A stretch of DNA of 56,906 nucleotides, taken from Octopus bimaculoides. Lineage: Eukaryota. The stretch is from positions 31,304,277 to 31,361,182 of the forward strand of contig NC_068990.1 in NCBI RefSeq assembly GCF_001194135.2, in the 5' to 3' direction. Within the stretch, counting starts at the first letter, position 1. Every line of letters begins with the position of its first letter. A program made the translations under genes and the position numbers. Shown here in pieces: positions 25,271-40,021 of the stretch. The notes beneath the pieces were generated by a model, which searched no databases, was not told where the DNA came from, and was given only the letters and a program-made list of their open reading frames with translations.

Positions 25271-26774
25271 AACAGGATGTAACTAAATATTGCAAGCTAT
25301 TTTGCTCAAAACTCTACTGATTCTATTATCCAGTTCCTGTAAGAGAATCTTTCGTTGACATGATTTCTGGTTTTTCATTTTTATCATCATTTTTTAAATG
25401 TTCTGTTTTAAAATTGCTGTTTTGAAAACTTAATCGTATTAACCGATAATAGTTATAAATATAAAAATTACATATTAAAGTTATTCAGTGTTATATTATC
25501 GTTGCTTAACCCTAGGTTAGCTCTGAATGGACAGAATTATGTTCAAAAGCATTTCAGCCTAAAAACCTTCCCATATTTTTAAAGAGTACATTGGAATACA
25601 ATATGTAATGTAACTTTTCTTTATTTAAATTGGTAAAGTATGATTTGGAAGAAATTTGCCTCATATTTAATTGGCCAGTGGATTTGTGTGATTATGATTT
25701 GTCTATATTTTCAGTCAGTTTTTATTTGCTTTTGCTGTACCTGATAAAACAGGACAGCACAACTCATGCGTTGTCCTTAACCACTACTCTGATCAATCCT
25801 GTGTGCTTCAAATAAGATAAATATTACTGGTGATTGAACAGTAGTTAGTCCTCTTACATGGTTATTATTTTGAATTTGTTTCAGAGTTAATATCAGTCTG
25901 TAAAGTGCTTTGTAACAAACTAAAAGAATAATACACTCAATAATTTTCAATAAAATCTGAAGTAAAAGTATGCAATAAAGAAATGAAAACATATTCAATA
26001 AACATAAATGTAAAAGTATCAAAAAGAAAAAAGAGAAATTAAGATATTGTATGTGATAATTTCAAGTCCAAGTCCTGTTAATTTAGTAGTGTTTCTTAAG
26101 AAATTTCTCAGTTGTAAGGTTAAGGTATTTGATTACTAACCACTTAGTGAAGAGCTCAAAAGTTAGGGATGTGTCATTGTTATGAATTATTAAACAGTGT
26201 ATGAATGTGACAAAAACTGCTGGCTTTTATTTGAAATAATGGAAGAAGGAAATTAAAAAAAGAAAAAGAAATTAACTGCAAGGGAAGCAAAAGAAGCTGC
26301 AGATTCATTTGTGATAGCAAATGAAATATTGAAATTTTCAGTAGATAGGAGTTGCACTAACCACTTATTTTACTTGCTAGTTTCGATAAGAAGCTGTTAT
26401 TTCTGGTGTCTGGCATGAAATAGAAATAAATTATGAAGGTTTGAAGACAAATCTAATAAGAATCAATGAAGAATTAGCACAGGGCAGTTGAATTAAAAGT
26501 GTCAAGCTTGGTTCTCAGAAAATTTAGTCATTGTAGAGATATCTAAACTATTTATAAACAGCTAAAAATATCAGTGTGATCAGTAGAGTATTTCAGTTCC
26601 ACTCAGAAACTTGAAACTTATAAGAGCTCTTCTATGCAACCCCACCCCCCATAGCATTCAGGAATAGTTTTTTTTTTTTTTAACCTAATTTATAGATATG
26701 GAGTACAGGTCAGTGGATTATCAGAATCATTGAAATCTTGGAATAAATATTTTGTGGTATATCTTCCAGTGTTT

Positions 26775-26915
26775 TACATTCTGAGTTCAAATCATACTAA
26801 AATCAACTTTGCTTTTCAGAGTTAATTAGATAAAATACCAGTCAAGTACTGCGGTTGATATTGCCTAACTCCCTAACCTCAAAACTGCTGGCCTTGTGTC
26901 TAGATTAGAAGCTGT
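26775..26915 (+). mobile_element. Degenerate SINE family B
   Basis: TTCTGAGTTCAAAT (box B), AACTTTGCTTTTC, ATACCAGTCAAGTACTG, GGCCTTGTG tail. Confidence 0.65.
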
Positions 26916-28689
26916 TATACAGGCAGTATAATGAGTGCACAGAGGATACACCAAAATATTCATACAGTTTTTTCTGGAAGTGAAATCAACCACAGACTAA
27001 AAAATTATGAGTGCTCTAATATTTTAATGGAAGTAATATTTTGCAAGCATTCTATGCTAATTGTTGTACTATAAATGGTTTTGTATCTGGAGTGTGTTGT
27101 TAGTGAAAGATATTTGGAGAATGAATTCATGATAGAAAACACATAGTTGGCTGGCAGAATAGAATAGTGAGTGACATAATCCTTGTGTCAGAAGAATAGT
27201 GCTGTATAATAATGGTTTCTAACATGGGTATAATGTCCGACGTTTTGGGTGATGAATAAGTTGATATCATATCATCCCAGTCCTTAATTGATCCTTTATT
27301 TTTGACCCCATTGCAAGGTGTCTTTTTCTAATGCACTAACTTCTACCAGTCTGTCACCATGGTGCTGTATAGTCATGGCATACAGGAAGCTTAACAGAGA
27401 ACCTGATTTGTCTTGAGTTATTTGTTAGCAACCAAAACAACTTTATTCATGTGGATAGTTTGTAAGCTTCAAGAATAGCTGGGTTAGAATCTTTTTTTTT
27501 AATTTTTTTTTTTATAGTTAGACCAAACTATAGAACACTGGTTATTATGATACTTCAGTCTGGGAGAACTGAAGCCATGTTATTTTGCATCTTATGCCAA
27601 CAGAGAAAAATGGGTAAAACCAAGGATGTTGTGCTCATTTTTTATATTTATTATTTATTTTAATAGTTTGACTTAGGATGATAATTCATTCTGTATGTTT
27701 CTATTTTTCTTTGGAAATCATGTTTGTTTTTGAGTAAAATGTGATTAATAATTTCAATATATTATCTTTATACCTGACACTTAGAAAAAAAACATTAAAT
27801 ATTATATGATTATATTTGATTTACTTTTTTAAAAAATGATTTGTATTTCTTCATACATTGGTAATCTGTTTTATAATTGATATTGTTTGCTATCATCAAA
27901 TCTAAAATGAATGCTTTAATAAAGATATATGTTCGTTTGTGCTATTTCTGGGTTGTATTAATATTTGTTACACTTGTCAATTGGTCTGTTGCATATAGTT
28001 AGGTTGAGGGATTTTGTTGTTTAATTGAGGGATTTTGTCTATTTCATTTTACTGTAATATGATCAATCTACAAGCAACATCCATATCCCAGTGATCTTCC
28101 TATAACTTGTCTATATCATTATGGATAAATGTAGATCCTCCTATTTTTAGGTTGATTACACACATTATGCCAAACTATCTTGATTATTTTCATGTCTTCT
28201 TTTGTGCTATCATCGTCAATAGCATTATCTCCTCTATATCCACATATTATTTTTTGTAATAACATTGCATATAAAGCTATTGCTTTGTAGACTGAAACCT
28301 TATTTTGTTTAGTATCTAAAAAACATTCTGATTATCTTGGAGAGCTATTAAAATTTAACTTCTTAAAATATATGAATCTGTGTTAAGTTATTTTGAACTA
28401 TTGTGTACTGCATTTTAATACATTAAGATTTCGAAAATCTATTTAAATTAAAAAAAAAATTGTTCTTGTGATTGTAACTTTAATTGAAATGCATTTAAGT
28501 AGAAGGTTTCTGCTAAAGTGTATACCTATTTTCCATCTTGATATCAAATAAAGTTAAATTGGTTTGTTAGTGTCTATCTTTGTTTCTAATTACACTGTCA
28601 TTTAAACCTGGCTGACTTATGTTATTGCTTTACTTTAGAGCAGCATCATATTCAACTACTTATTAGCATTGTGTTAACACCACTTCCTC

Positions 28690-29000
28690 TTCACTACGAA
28701 GCTCTTTTATTCTGTTTAACATATTTCACTTGGAAGCTTACATAGCGTATATCCACAATTATCTTACTTAAATCCACTTTGAATACATAAAATGGATTCA
28801 CTGCTCTTGTCTCCATGCACTGCAGAATAACATTCTTGATGCATGTATGTACATACATTTTACTTTGGAAAATAAATTTAACCTTTTGATTGTCAGTATA
28901 AGCAAAAGTTCTGTGAATTTCTTCCAGCCACTATGGACCCTAGCCAGCTTCATCTCCAATGCTGATTATGTCTAAATAAGAGAATTTGTCAAGCATGTCC
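28690..29000 (-). mobile_element. Decayed RTE post-RT remnant
   Basis: DKFSYL...RVHSGWKKFTELLLILT parallels DNFHYLG...AWAKFSELLPLLVT of 11267-11420. Confidence 0.65.
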
Positions 29001-31429
29001 AGTGATTCATCAGAACAAATTATAACCTCTACAAGTGATTCATACATATTACCAACTTTGCTGATGCAATTCTTGCAAGTGCAAGTTGTTCATCTGTCTA
29101 TCAGGTATTCCACTACACTTTGTGCACCCATCAGTTAATTTATTTACACTATAATATATTTATAGTCATGGAACAAAACCACTTCTGTGTTTATATTCTT
29201 TTTTGAAAGTTGTAGTCTTTAACTTATTTGTTTTTCTTGTTCAAATAATAATTGGGGCATTGATCCAAAAATATAAAGGAAAGTTGATTTTTACGTTAAA
29301 CTGCCCATTATTTTTATCAACTTACCAATTCTAAGCTATTTTGCTATGATTCTACTTTAATTATTAACACAATCTAATTTCCTTGAAATGTTAACATTTG
29401 TTCTATACGTGTTCCCTATACATCAAAACTGACAGCATCAACCTTCTCTAGATTCTTGATTGCATGTGACAAATTAAACAAAAACTTTTCTTACCAATAA
29501 TTTAGTGATTACTTCAATTAAAAGTATTGAGAAACTTAAAGCTCAAATAACCTTAATGAAATAGAGCAAAACCTCTCAAGTTTCTGCAACTTTAACAGCT
29601 AAAGTAAAACATATTAATGTTTTATTTAGTCTTGTACTTCTGGAACCATAATTTCTGACTCAGAATATCCATCAGGAAAACAGTTATTCTATCTGTACGG
29701 TTTGTTAGCTACAAGAAAAGGCATTTGCATATTAATAAATACTGAGTAAGCAAAAGAAGTTATTATTTGAGATCTATTTCAGTATACAAAAAAGACCCCT
29801 TCAATAAATGTTTATTATTATTATTATTTTCACTGTTCCCATAATGACTCACAATTCTATCACTACCATCACAAGTATTAAATTGAATTACTGTAAAATA
29901 TGAATTCTATACTTAGTATATTGCATTTCTTCACTACAATTACAGATAAGTATTATACGACCTACAATTACTCATACAAGGTGCATATGTATTTGCATGT
30001 ATGTGTCGGGTCATTTTGAGTGCAACAGGCAACATGTCATCTAGTACAGTCTGTTACATGGTTGGGTGGCTCATTGGTAACTAACATTCCCACCATGGAC
30101 TAAGTCTGATGTAGAGGATTTCTAGACACTCAGCAAAGCGAAAACAAGACCTGTCAAAAGGACAGATAGACCTAGCATGAGGTTAATGATTACTCCTCCT
30201 AGTTCTTGTCAGAACATTTGCTTAGGAAATGAGTAGAGAGGGCTTTTTAGCTGGAGTGGAATAACCTATTTAGACCATATGGATAGGTCCAGGAAGACAA
30301 AGGCAAGAGGAGAAAAATAAGCTGTAGCAGGCAATTTTAAGGCAGTTTCCAACAGAACTGATTTCTGGCAGCCTCCTGCAATTGAGGAGAGATACTAGTC
30401 ATACTTAGTCATTCTTGCCACTGGATCTATCTCTATCACAGTGAAAATAGTAGTACTCGAACACTTCAGTAAGCTTCATTGTGCAAGTATCTTGCAATGT
30501 GGATCATGGATTTTGAATCTCATTGTTCCAGTAATTGTAATGTGCAGCTGCACCAATAAAATATTTCTGTAGTTTCTTTGCTTGTGAGGGTACACAACAG
30601 GTATAGTATATGCTTTAACAGTTGCTTTTCTTTTGTTGCTCACATTGTGACATTTTCCATTGATGCTATAAGTAGTTATCAAAGTATCTACAACGTTCAT
30701 TCAAACAGTACAATCTAACTAATAAGTAGTTTTTACTGTTTTGTGAGGATTTTTGAAAGTATTCAGTTATGAAGATATGTGAAGTTATTTAATTGTAAAT
30801 AGTCATCAGATTTTATGTTAACATTGGAGAACATGTGAACTGGGGGAACAGAAACCGTATCTTAAAATTCATTTTGATCACATTAGATTTACAAACTTAA
30901 CCAAAATTTTTAAATGTAATTTTCCTTTTTTTATATATAATGTAAAATTAATTATTAGTTATATTCAGATTTTCTTCTTTTTCTTTTTCTTTGACAAATT
31001 ATTAGCAACTTCATTTATTTTTCTATATAAATAGATAGCTAGTATGCCACCAAACACAATCAGTTACTAAGTATATATTAGTATCTGTTATTAATTATAA
31101 GAAAAATTTAACTTCAAGGATTGTTTTCTTTTCATTTTTTATATATGAAAAATAAATTTAAATATTATTTTTGCTTCTCATATTATGTTTATTGTGACTA
31201 TTATATTTTGTTTCCCTTTTTAAAAAAACTTTAAACAGTTTAGGAATAATTTCATTGAATTTATAAAATATACATAGATATCTAAAATACAAACAGTTGT
31301 ATTAAAGATTATTAAGTAAGAATATTAGGAGTACATTGTGTAGAAAAATAGTATAAAGTATATGCTTCCAAATGAGAATTTCTGAAGAAATTTTTTGTAC
31401 ATTGTTTTTAATTCGCTTTCGTAAAATCC

Positions 31430-31790
31430 TCATCAACAATTTAATGTTTTTCCATGCTTATATGGAGCTGCTATAAAACATATCACCACTCCTTTTTCAT
31501 CTTTCTTCATCTTTCCCATGAGACCCAGTGTTCTGTGATCTGATTTTATCACTTTTTTTATGTTTCCCCAATCTTTTTCAACACCCTCCACCAACAAGCA
31601 CGACACTTTTCCACTCAGCACTCATTTTCCATTTGCATCACCTGTCCATACCAATGTGGTCATCTCTCTTGCTTGCTTCAGCTGATGCCTCTAATGCTTA
31701 GCTGCTCTTGCAGCTCACCTTAAGTCTCTTTAGTACTTGAGATTCTTCCCCATTCAGTCCCCATGCAGCATCACATATCTAACACATATA
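31430..31790 (-). mobile_element. Decayed LINE remnant, probably the RTE endonuclease-RT linker
   Basis: Pyrimidine-rich + strand and K/E-rich minus-strand translation (LVEGVEKDWGNIKKVI); weak motif support only. Confidence 0.4.
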
Positions 31791-32779
31791 CCATACATTT
31801 TACCCTTTACATGAAAAGTAAAATTTTTGTTGCTATTCATGTTTCTGATACAACCATCTCCACCAGCATCTAAGTAACAAATTATCAACTACATTTAATT
31901 GACCATCTTAGAAGGTCATGGTTTTATTTCATAGTTCTTTGTACCACAAATGGTGCCACTATGACATTTGATGTACTGGTACTGAATTTTTAAATTAGTC
32001 ATTGTTGATTATTGTAAGAATTAAAATCAAAATTAAAATTATTCCTAAAAATTGAAACCATCCATTTTCATGTCTTTGGATTAATGTTCATGACTACTGC
32101 CATGGTCATACACACGTAATTAGTAGAACTTAATATATTTCAATCGCATGAAATAATTACGAGCTTTTACAGAGCTTTTTACAATGGTAAAGAATAACAT
32201 AGTAATTCCTTGCAGCAGGAAGGGCAATGCCATTGAGTACTATATATATTAACCAAAAATATAGTGCAACACCACTAAGGGATAAGTGCTACTGATCCTC
32301 AACTAGTGTAATACGCATTATGACAAATTTAAAATTTAAAAAAGAACTTAGGTTTTTGCTCTGATTACAAGAACCCTTTTGAGAATAATGTGGTAAGTAT
32401 GCAGGCAACTTATACACTGAAGTTGAATCAACAAAATTATTAGGTAATATGATTACAAGTTACACAATTCAGGCATGACTTCCACAGTCCATTATCAGTA
32501 TGAAACTCCTCCTTAATACAGAAATACCTTGATGCTATTTGAGACTGCATGCATATTCATACATGTCTAGGCAGATAATTTCATTAGCATTAATCTTATG
32601 TTAATGTCTCCAATAATTGATTGGAACACACTTGTTACTTTATTGGTGCTTGTGATGATACAGGTTTGTGTGAACTTGAAAATATTCTTTGTATTTGTAA
32701 AAGCCTTATTTTGAGATGATTGTATTGAAGGTGCAAATCTGTGCAATGGTTAGAATGCCTCATAACTTGGTTCTCAAGT

Positions 32780-33060
32780 TGGAAAAATCCTTGTGTGCAT
32801 CATATCACCATAAGCTGATTGTGATATCATCTTAGAAGGGAGTATTTCTATGTCATGAATTGATTTACACCTTCATTGTAATATAATAGACATTATTTAC
32901 ACAGTAAGACTATTTCTGGAAGTATAATGTAAGCTTCAACTCTGTCTTCATTGACCTGATCTAAGCATGTGACACTGTTTACAATATGCATTACGGATTA
33001 TTTTCAGGAAGCCAGAGTACCCACAGAAGTACTTCTCCAACTGTTTCATGACAGCAGAAA
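32780..33060 (+). mobile_element. Decayed RTE reverse transcriptase remnant
   Basis: IDIIYTVRLFLE, FIDLI*ACDTV and VPTEVLLQLFHD follow the order of the IFTxRQLxEK, FIDLxKAFDTV and FHDG motifs. Confidence 0.55.
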
Positions 33061-33629
33061 TATTCTTCATTAGAAAACCTTCTGCATGATCAAATAGAAA
33101 AATTATGAGAATTGGAACTTTTTACTTCTTTGTGTGCTCTTTAACTTTTTTCATCTTAAATTTACTACTGCATGTTGGCTAAGTACTGTTTGTTATGATA
33201 ACTGTTAAGGTTCATCCTGAAACACTTGAAAAGTTCATCAAAGAAATGCTATTTTTTGGTGTTTGCTGATGTTTCAGATTCTTAGAACTTTTAATGGTGT
33301 TTAATTTGATCCAATGTAGAACTAAAATGTTTCACTCTACAAGTATGCTTTCTATTTATTTTGAATCATATAAGAATAACAGCAGCACAATTTCAGGTAG
33401 CAAATCTCCTTAACAATTATTTTGCATTGAAACATGTATTTACAAAAAGATTGCACTGAGTTCCTGCCATATAAGAATTTTTGACTTTCCTCTAAACTTA
33501 AAATATATATATATATAATCCAATGAGATAACCTCTGCAATCACTTGACTTGACAAAAATAGCAGCCAAATGTCATTCAAATTACAACCTATTCAATGTG
33601 GTTGCTATTTAAGGTTGTAGTATGGTTAA

Positions 33630-33845
33630 CCCTTTAGCAGTTAAACCAGCCATATCCAGCCCAAATATGCTACCTGTTTTATATTCTAGCCAGCCAGATC
33701 CAGCCTATCACATCTATCCTTCAATGCTATTATAAAATATGCAATCACATCATCATAATTTTGAAGCTACAAAATAATGCATGATTAATTAAAAATGTGA
33801 ATGAAAAAGCATTACATTCGACAGAATAATTTGAATGCTAAAGGG
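33630..33845. mobile_element. 216-bp MITE with piggyBac-type ends
   Basis: TTAA|CCCTTTAGCAGTTAAA...TTTGAATGCTAAAGGG|TTAA; 14/16 TIR match and both TTAA intact. Confidence 0.88.
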
Positions 33846-36800
33846 TTAAGGCTGTATTAAAAAAAATATGATACTCATGGCTGTTGCATCCTTGATTATA
33901 TATCTTTCTGATCAAGCTGATGTTGGGCAAACAACTACAACTCAAGGTGTGCAAAGCCATTAGTCTTCATCTCTAGTGTATAATGAGGATTTTTAGCATG
34001 GGTGCATCAAGCAGTTGGAAAAATCCTATGCAGATTCCCAACACACTCTCTACATTTACTACAAAGGCTATGTTCTTAACTAGGTTGGTTCTACAAAAAT
34101 TGCAGCGAAATGCCTCAAGCTATAGTTTCAGTGATTTGAATGTGTCATCTATACAGACAAGAATTCCCAAACAATGTTAGCTAATGGTTGTCACAAGTAA
34201 AGATTTAATAAATTCTCAGCAAAAGCTAAAACAGATGATAGTATGCTTGCAACAGAAAAAAAGATTGCCACAAGTAGTAGTAGTAGTAGTAGTAGAAGTA
34301 GTAGTAGTAGTAGTAGTTGCTTTGCATTACCACCTGCTGCCAAACTTGATCCAAACTGACTGAAGTAGAATAAAATTTGTAACAATCATAGCACATATGC
34401 CAGTAGATATTGCTACTAACTTCATTATAGAAAAATTTTTAAAAAACAAGGAGATTTTGTGTTCTGGAAATGAGAAATTACTCGGAATGTGGGATGTGGA
34501 ATAAGAATATTGTTATGGTACACAGTGTATGCCAGAAAATGCAATTTTTTTTTTAAATTAAGTTTTTGTACATTATTTTCTTTCTTTCATTCTTTAGATC
34601 TTAAATTTAAATATTAAGGAATTTTTACATTTCCCTGATTTGGAAAGTTTTCTTCCAGTGTTCTTTCTGTGTTATGTATTAAATTTTCATTTAGATTTTT
34701 GGCTTTTATCTTAGAAATTTTAGCATTTGTTATCATTGTTATATATTTCTTCCTTAACTCTTATTTTTCCTGTAGTAAAGTGATCACATCTAATTCCAGT
34801 TACAAATGTTGTTACTTTTTATGTTGCTTTCACCATTTTTTGTTCTTTGTTCTTTTATTTATTACTAACGTTTTCTATGATTAGATTTACATAGAAAAAT
34901 TACAAATCAATGATGATAGAATACATGGTAATGTTATTGCTACAACAAGAAAAGAATTGTTATATTTATCCATAACTTTCTGTTCAATTTTATGTGTTAG
35001 GCGTCTGACAGGATAACATCTAAATTATCATCTTGACATTATGCTAGCTGCAGTATTTATGCTCACCAGCATCTTGGTAAAATTATCATTGCCTACAAAA
35101 CTGAAATGAAGAGTCATATTGAATTTTATACCTTGTATCTTTCAACAGCTTACGACTAAAAAATCCCAGCAGATCCCCAGTAAATGAGGCTCATGCAAAA
35201 ATGTCTCCTTAATACCTCAATTATGCTATCTAATCTGCAACATTTTCAAATACTTTCGCACTCTGATCCTGTTTAAGTCTAGGACTTTGTTTCTCATTTG
35301 ACACAGATTTGAAAGTTTTGGTCACTGATTAAATGTCAATATTTGACAGAACAGAAACACTGTTCATAAACAATTGATGACTGATGCGGATTTTAAGGTT
35401 GTTTAAAAATAAAACTAATCTTGAATTTACACAAACATTAATGCTACTAAATTACTATTGCAAGTTGCTATGCCATTTCCAAACAAATGATAACCTTAAT
35501 ATAATTACATTTTTCTGTTCTTTATTTTAATTATTACTACACAAATGATATACAAATCAGTTTCAAATTGTTTCTGTTCAAATGTGTATAATGTTTTTTT
35601 TTTCTCCTTCTTTTATTAAATACCAAAATGTGAAGTAATTTGAATTTTAATTTGATTGAATTAACCTACTTTTATAAAACTATCTAATTCATATAAAATG
35701 CATTATAACAGAAAATTCTCTTATCTTTTTATCTGGGTTATAAGAGAAATATTAAAGTATTTCTTTCATCTTTTATTCATTATTAGCTTCTTGAAATTAC
35801 ATTTATATATACATGGTAAGATAATGAATGATAATTCAAATTAACAGTAAATTTCTTTAAAAAAATGATGTTATGGAAACTCCTGGGACTTTTGTTTTTG
35901 TTGGTTATATTTTAACATTAGAAATATAGAATGCTTAATCCTTTTATTTATCAGAGTATTGAATTCATTATATAAGTTTATATCTAAGATTTAGATTTAA
36001 AAACTGCTCCACATTGTATCAGTAAATGAATTTATCTTAAATGAAGAGCTCTTTGTAAGTAAATTGTGACATGAAAACTCTTTTGTTGATAGATGAATTC
36101 TAAATTAATCACCTTGGTAAGAAGTTTTTTTCTTTATTTCCCTAGTTTGCTTGTGTTTAACAGTAGCTACCCATGAGCTCCAATACAATTATTCAAGCAA
36201 AATTATATCTCTAATTCATTTGCTTTTTTTGTATCTTCATCAGTGGTATACACTTGATGTCTTCTTACACAACTCCCCATAACTTACCACTCATCTCTGC
36301 TTTTGTAATATTTGATCACTCTATTTAGAAATTTCACAATATTCCTTTAAGCCACATATTCTTAATATTTATTTATTTATTTTTGAGTCTTTCGTAAGTG
36401 TTGGTGATACAGAGCTGTGTTGTTAGCACTTCTAGCATGGTCCAGGCTCACAAAAAGACCTGAACTCAGCAGCATTATCACTTTTACAATGCTTCACTGC
36501 TTATAACACTGAACCATTTCACTGTTGTACTACTTACAACTACGTGAGTTGGGTCATCTGAACATAGTACAATGCTAGTGACAGGATATACACCACCAAA
36601 TCCTTAGTTGGCTGTCCAGTATATTATTTCTCTTATGAGCCCAAAATATTTTATATTTATATAGTTGTTAACCTTCTATCAAAGCCAAATATATTCCACT
36701 ATGCTATATTACATTATAGCTGGCATTGTTTCTTTCTTTTTTTTTTTTCTTCTTCAGCACAATAACCCTGTACAACATTCAGAAAGAGGTTTTCCCATCT

Positions 36801-37079
36801 GTACATCTCTGTCTAGAGTCAAGTTGTGTTTCCAACTATTTCTGCATTACTACAACAAATTCTAGTCATGTATACTCCCTCCAAAATAACCAGCTTTTTG
36901 TTTCATGTGTGCTACAATGTCTGATTTCCAAGCCATTAGAAATTTTTATGTCAATGGTGAATATCAGTGACTATCATCATAATAATGATGTTTATTTTCC
37001 CCATGGTTTAAAAAGATGTATTTGTACCTTAATTTTACCTTAGATTGTTTTCAAGTTTACTATAACTCTCTTTCCAATT

Positions 37080-37420
37080 TTTTTTTTCCAAGTTCTTTTC
37101 ATTTCTTGCAAAATCTTATTTGTTCTACGATAAATTTTTCCATCAAGTTACATCACTTTTTCACTGAACCATTCACCATGATATAGACATTATATGTCTG
37201 TACCAAATAAGTGTTTTTCCTGCATATATCAGCAATACTTTTGATGCTTAATTTCTTTCTCAAATTTCTGTAAGTTCACATCGAATATCCGTTAGACCAT
37301 ATCTGACCTATTCCTCACACTTTCTGTTAGTGTTTAGTGTCTTTCTGGCAGATTTATTTGTTGTTCCCTAAAATATCTTCCATTCCTATGCAGCCTTCAT
37401 CATTAAACTATCAAATCATA
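37080..37420 (-). mobile_element. Decayed RTE ORF2 C-terminal remnant
   Basis: LRKKLSIKSIADICRK and a terminal KRTW resemble RTE C-termini. Confidence 0.45.
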
Positions 37421-38539
37421 AGCTCCATCTCAATCATTATGTTACTTTACTCAGCTAACAAACCTTATATGACATCAAAACTAGATTACAAAACACTGGT
37501 TTATAAATTGTCTTGCAAAGAATTGAGGGGGAAATATTGGAAAATATCAGAAATTAAGGTCGTGTTTACCATAAATTGAACTGTATTTAGAGCATCATTT
37601 GAAATTCTACAACACAAACAGATATGACTATCAGTAACTAATCAAAGCTATATATTTGAATAGTACAGTATGACCATTTATATTTGTATTTCTGAATAGA
37701 TTTGACATGTAAAATTTGGAAAAATTAAAATAATTAAATACTTATATTTTTTTTTTTGTTTATATAAAGCAAATTATTTGATATATAGAATATAAAATAA
37801 ACTGTAAAACTTGTCAACAACAACAAAAAAGATCTTAATCTTCTTAATCTAAGGATGTTAGTGATACTAACATTGAGTGAATTAGTTAGCAGCTCCACTT
37901 TTGGAGTTCACATTTACTTAGTTTAATCTTGGCTGTTTTATTCAAAGTTTTGCTTTTATTATTTAAACTTTAAGTGACTATCCAGGATTCTTTTGTTAAT
38001 ATTGGATGAGAGGAGTTAGAGTCCATTTGAAAATGTTATTATCTAAAAGAAGGATTATCACCTATATCTTTTCAGTATAAGAACTGTGAATATCCAAAAG
38101 CATAGCAAAAAAAAATTGTATATGTGAGTGTACGTATATTGACATTTGCACATGTATAAACCCATAAAAATTCATATGTCCAGCACTGCATACATATTTC
38201 AAACAAATGTCATGTTATAGAGTTACTTCAAATTTTCTTTTGCATTTAAAATCGAATTTCTCTTACAGTTTCAAGAGGACAGTAATATTTTGCTTTCCGT
38301 TTGACTTAAGGTCTTGTACAATTAACTAGCCAAAGCAATTGTTGCTATTAATGTTTGTATTCAAAAGCTGTCAGTGTTTCATCTATGTGCATCATATATG
38401 TGTATACCTGTGTGTGTATTGTTCTGTATGTAATTACATTGATATAAATGTCATGTGTCAAATGCTCCATGAGATCACTGTCTATAATCATGACTTTATA
38501 CTCACTTTTTCACTCTAATGATATTTTATGCAATACATA

Positions 38540-38830
38540 TGTTCAGGAAAATAGTGTTAAGTCATAACCCTTCAATGTGGGTGTTGGACTTCAGCAGGGG
38601 TGCATATTGTAACCTCTTTTTTTCACAACTTTTATGAAGTGGATTGACATGTATAATCATTGTGAAAGTGGTATCACAATCGGTTGGCTGATATTTGCAG
38701 ACAACATGGTTCTACTTGGCTCATCAGAAGATGATCTCCAGCATGTACTGATTGGGTTTCCTGCCAAGCATTGCAAAGCAAGAATGAAATTTAGTGTTGC
38801 AAAGACTGAGACATTCATGACTGAGTCATG
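38540..38830 (+). mobile_element. RTE-clade reverse transcriptase fragment
   Basis: PFNVGVGLQQGCIL*PLFFTTFM...LIFADNMVLLGSSEDDLQH...MKFSVAKTE; QG..SP and (F)ADD motifs, inactivated. Confidence 0.85.
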
Positions 38831-38914
38831 TCTGGGGAACATGAAGGCCAATTGACATTGCCATAGTGGGAGATTATTCTCTCTACAAAGCACTGCCGTA
38901 ACAACTGCATTGTT

Positions 38915-39177
38915 TCTCTTGCAGTATGATCAGTTGGCCCATCTTGCTGGAACCATGTGCAAGGTCTACTTCCCAGACTTGACTAGCCCAGATTTTTTTC
39001 TTGTGGGGATACCTGAAAGAGAGGGTTTACGTTAACAAACCAGAGACCCTAGTGCAATTGAAGGAGAATATCAATAGAGAAATCAGAGCAGTGGGGTCTG
39101 AAACTCTTGAGGTGTTATGGTTTTGGAAAGAACACGGGTGTATGAAGCTGAAAAGCGATATCATTTTTCGTATGTGA
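38915..39177 (+). mobile_element. Tc1/mariner transposase C-terminal fragment
   Basis: PDLTSPDFF/LWGYLKERVYVNKPETLVQLKENINREI...DIIF, with a +1 frameshift in the T run at 38993-38999. Confidence 0.88.
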
Positions 39178-39826
39178 TGTAGTAGTGTTGCAGAATCTGA
39201 CTGGTGCATATTAACATATGTCATGAGCCAGTGATTGAAGAGTATTGTATATTCCTTAGAAGATTCTTTTAGCCTGCTATGTATATCTTGGAATTATTGA
39301 AGAATAAACATTAAGTACATAATTATGATGTATTGCAGTATTTTAAATTTCTTTTATGTAAGTATTAATATATTTTTGAGAAAACATCACATATATTGAA
39401 GAATTCTTTATTTTCCATGTGAAAATCCTAACTCTAATATTTAACTAATACTATGTTGTTTTTCAGAGCTAATTGCTCACTTCCTGAGGATTAAAAGAAA
39501 ACATACTGATTACAGTTCAATGTATTGAAGGTCTTTTTCTTTTATTTTTCTTCAAGTTATTTTTTTATGCCCTACTGATACTCGGNNNNNNNNNNNNNNN
39601 NNNNNNNNNNNNNNNNNNNNNNNNNNNNNNNNNNNNNNNNNNNNNNNNNNNNNNNNNNNNNNNNNNNNNNNNNNNNNNNNNNNNNNNNNNNNNNNNNNNN
39701 NNNNNNNNNCTTTTTCTTTTATTTTTCTTCAAGTTATTTTTTTATGCCCTACTGATACTCGGATGATAGCATTTTAAAGTTTTAATTTTTAATTATCTAA
39801 TATGTCTCTGGTTAATTGTGTTGCAG

Positions 39827-40021
39827 GTGACAAGCCATTACCAATCCACTGTATTGTTGAACAGATATCTGGTAATTCAAGTTTTGACAGTTGTAACAGT
39901 CATACTACTGTTGAAATGGATAGCTATGCCATTCTTCCAGGTAGTACTCCAATGAGTGAATTGGTGCAAGCTGCTCTGATAAAACTGGGATACAGTACTG
40001 CTGAGTCTGTTGGTGCAAAAG
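39827..40021 (+). CDS. dve: Coding exon, N-terminal half of the Compass/ULD domain (DKPLPIHCIVEQ...LIKLGYSTAESVGAK)
   Basis: TTGCAG acceptor, GTAATT donor, 195 nt, phase 1 to 1. LPIHCIVE and LGYS...AKG match SATB LPVFCVVE and LGYS...AKG and the dve Compass domain. Confidence 0.95.

Noticed and set aside
34990-35400. Complex unique sequence with a good acceptor (TCTTTCAACAG) in intron 1
   Set aside because: The phase-1 frame stops immediately and no donor is evident; a regulatory role cannot be supported without conservation data.
39533-39762. Identical 53-bp sequence on both sides of the N gap just upstream of an exon
   Set aside because: Typical unmerged contig overlap; the true gap is probably zero.
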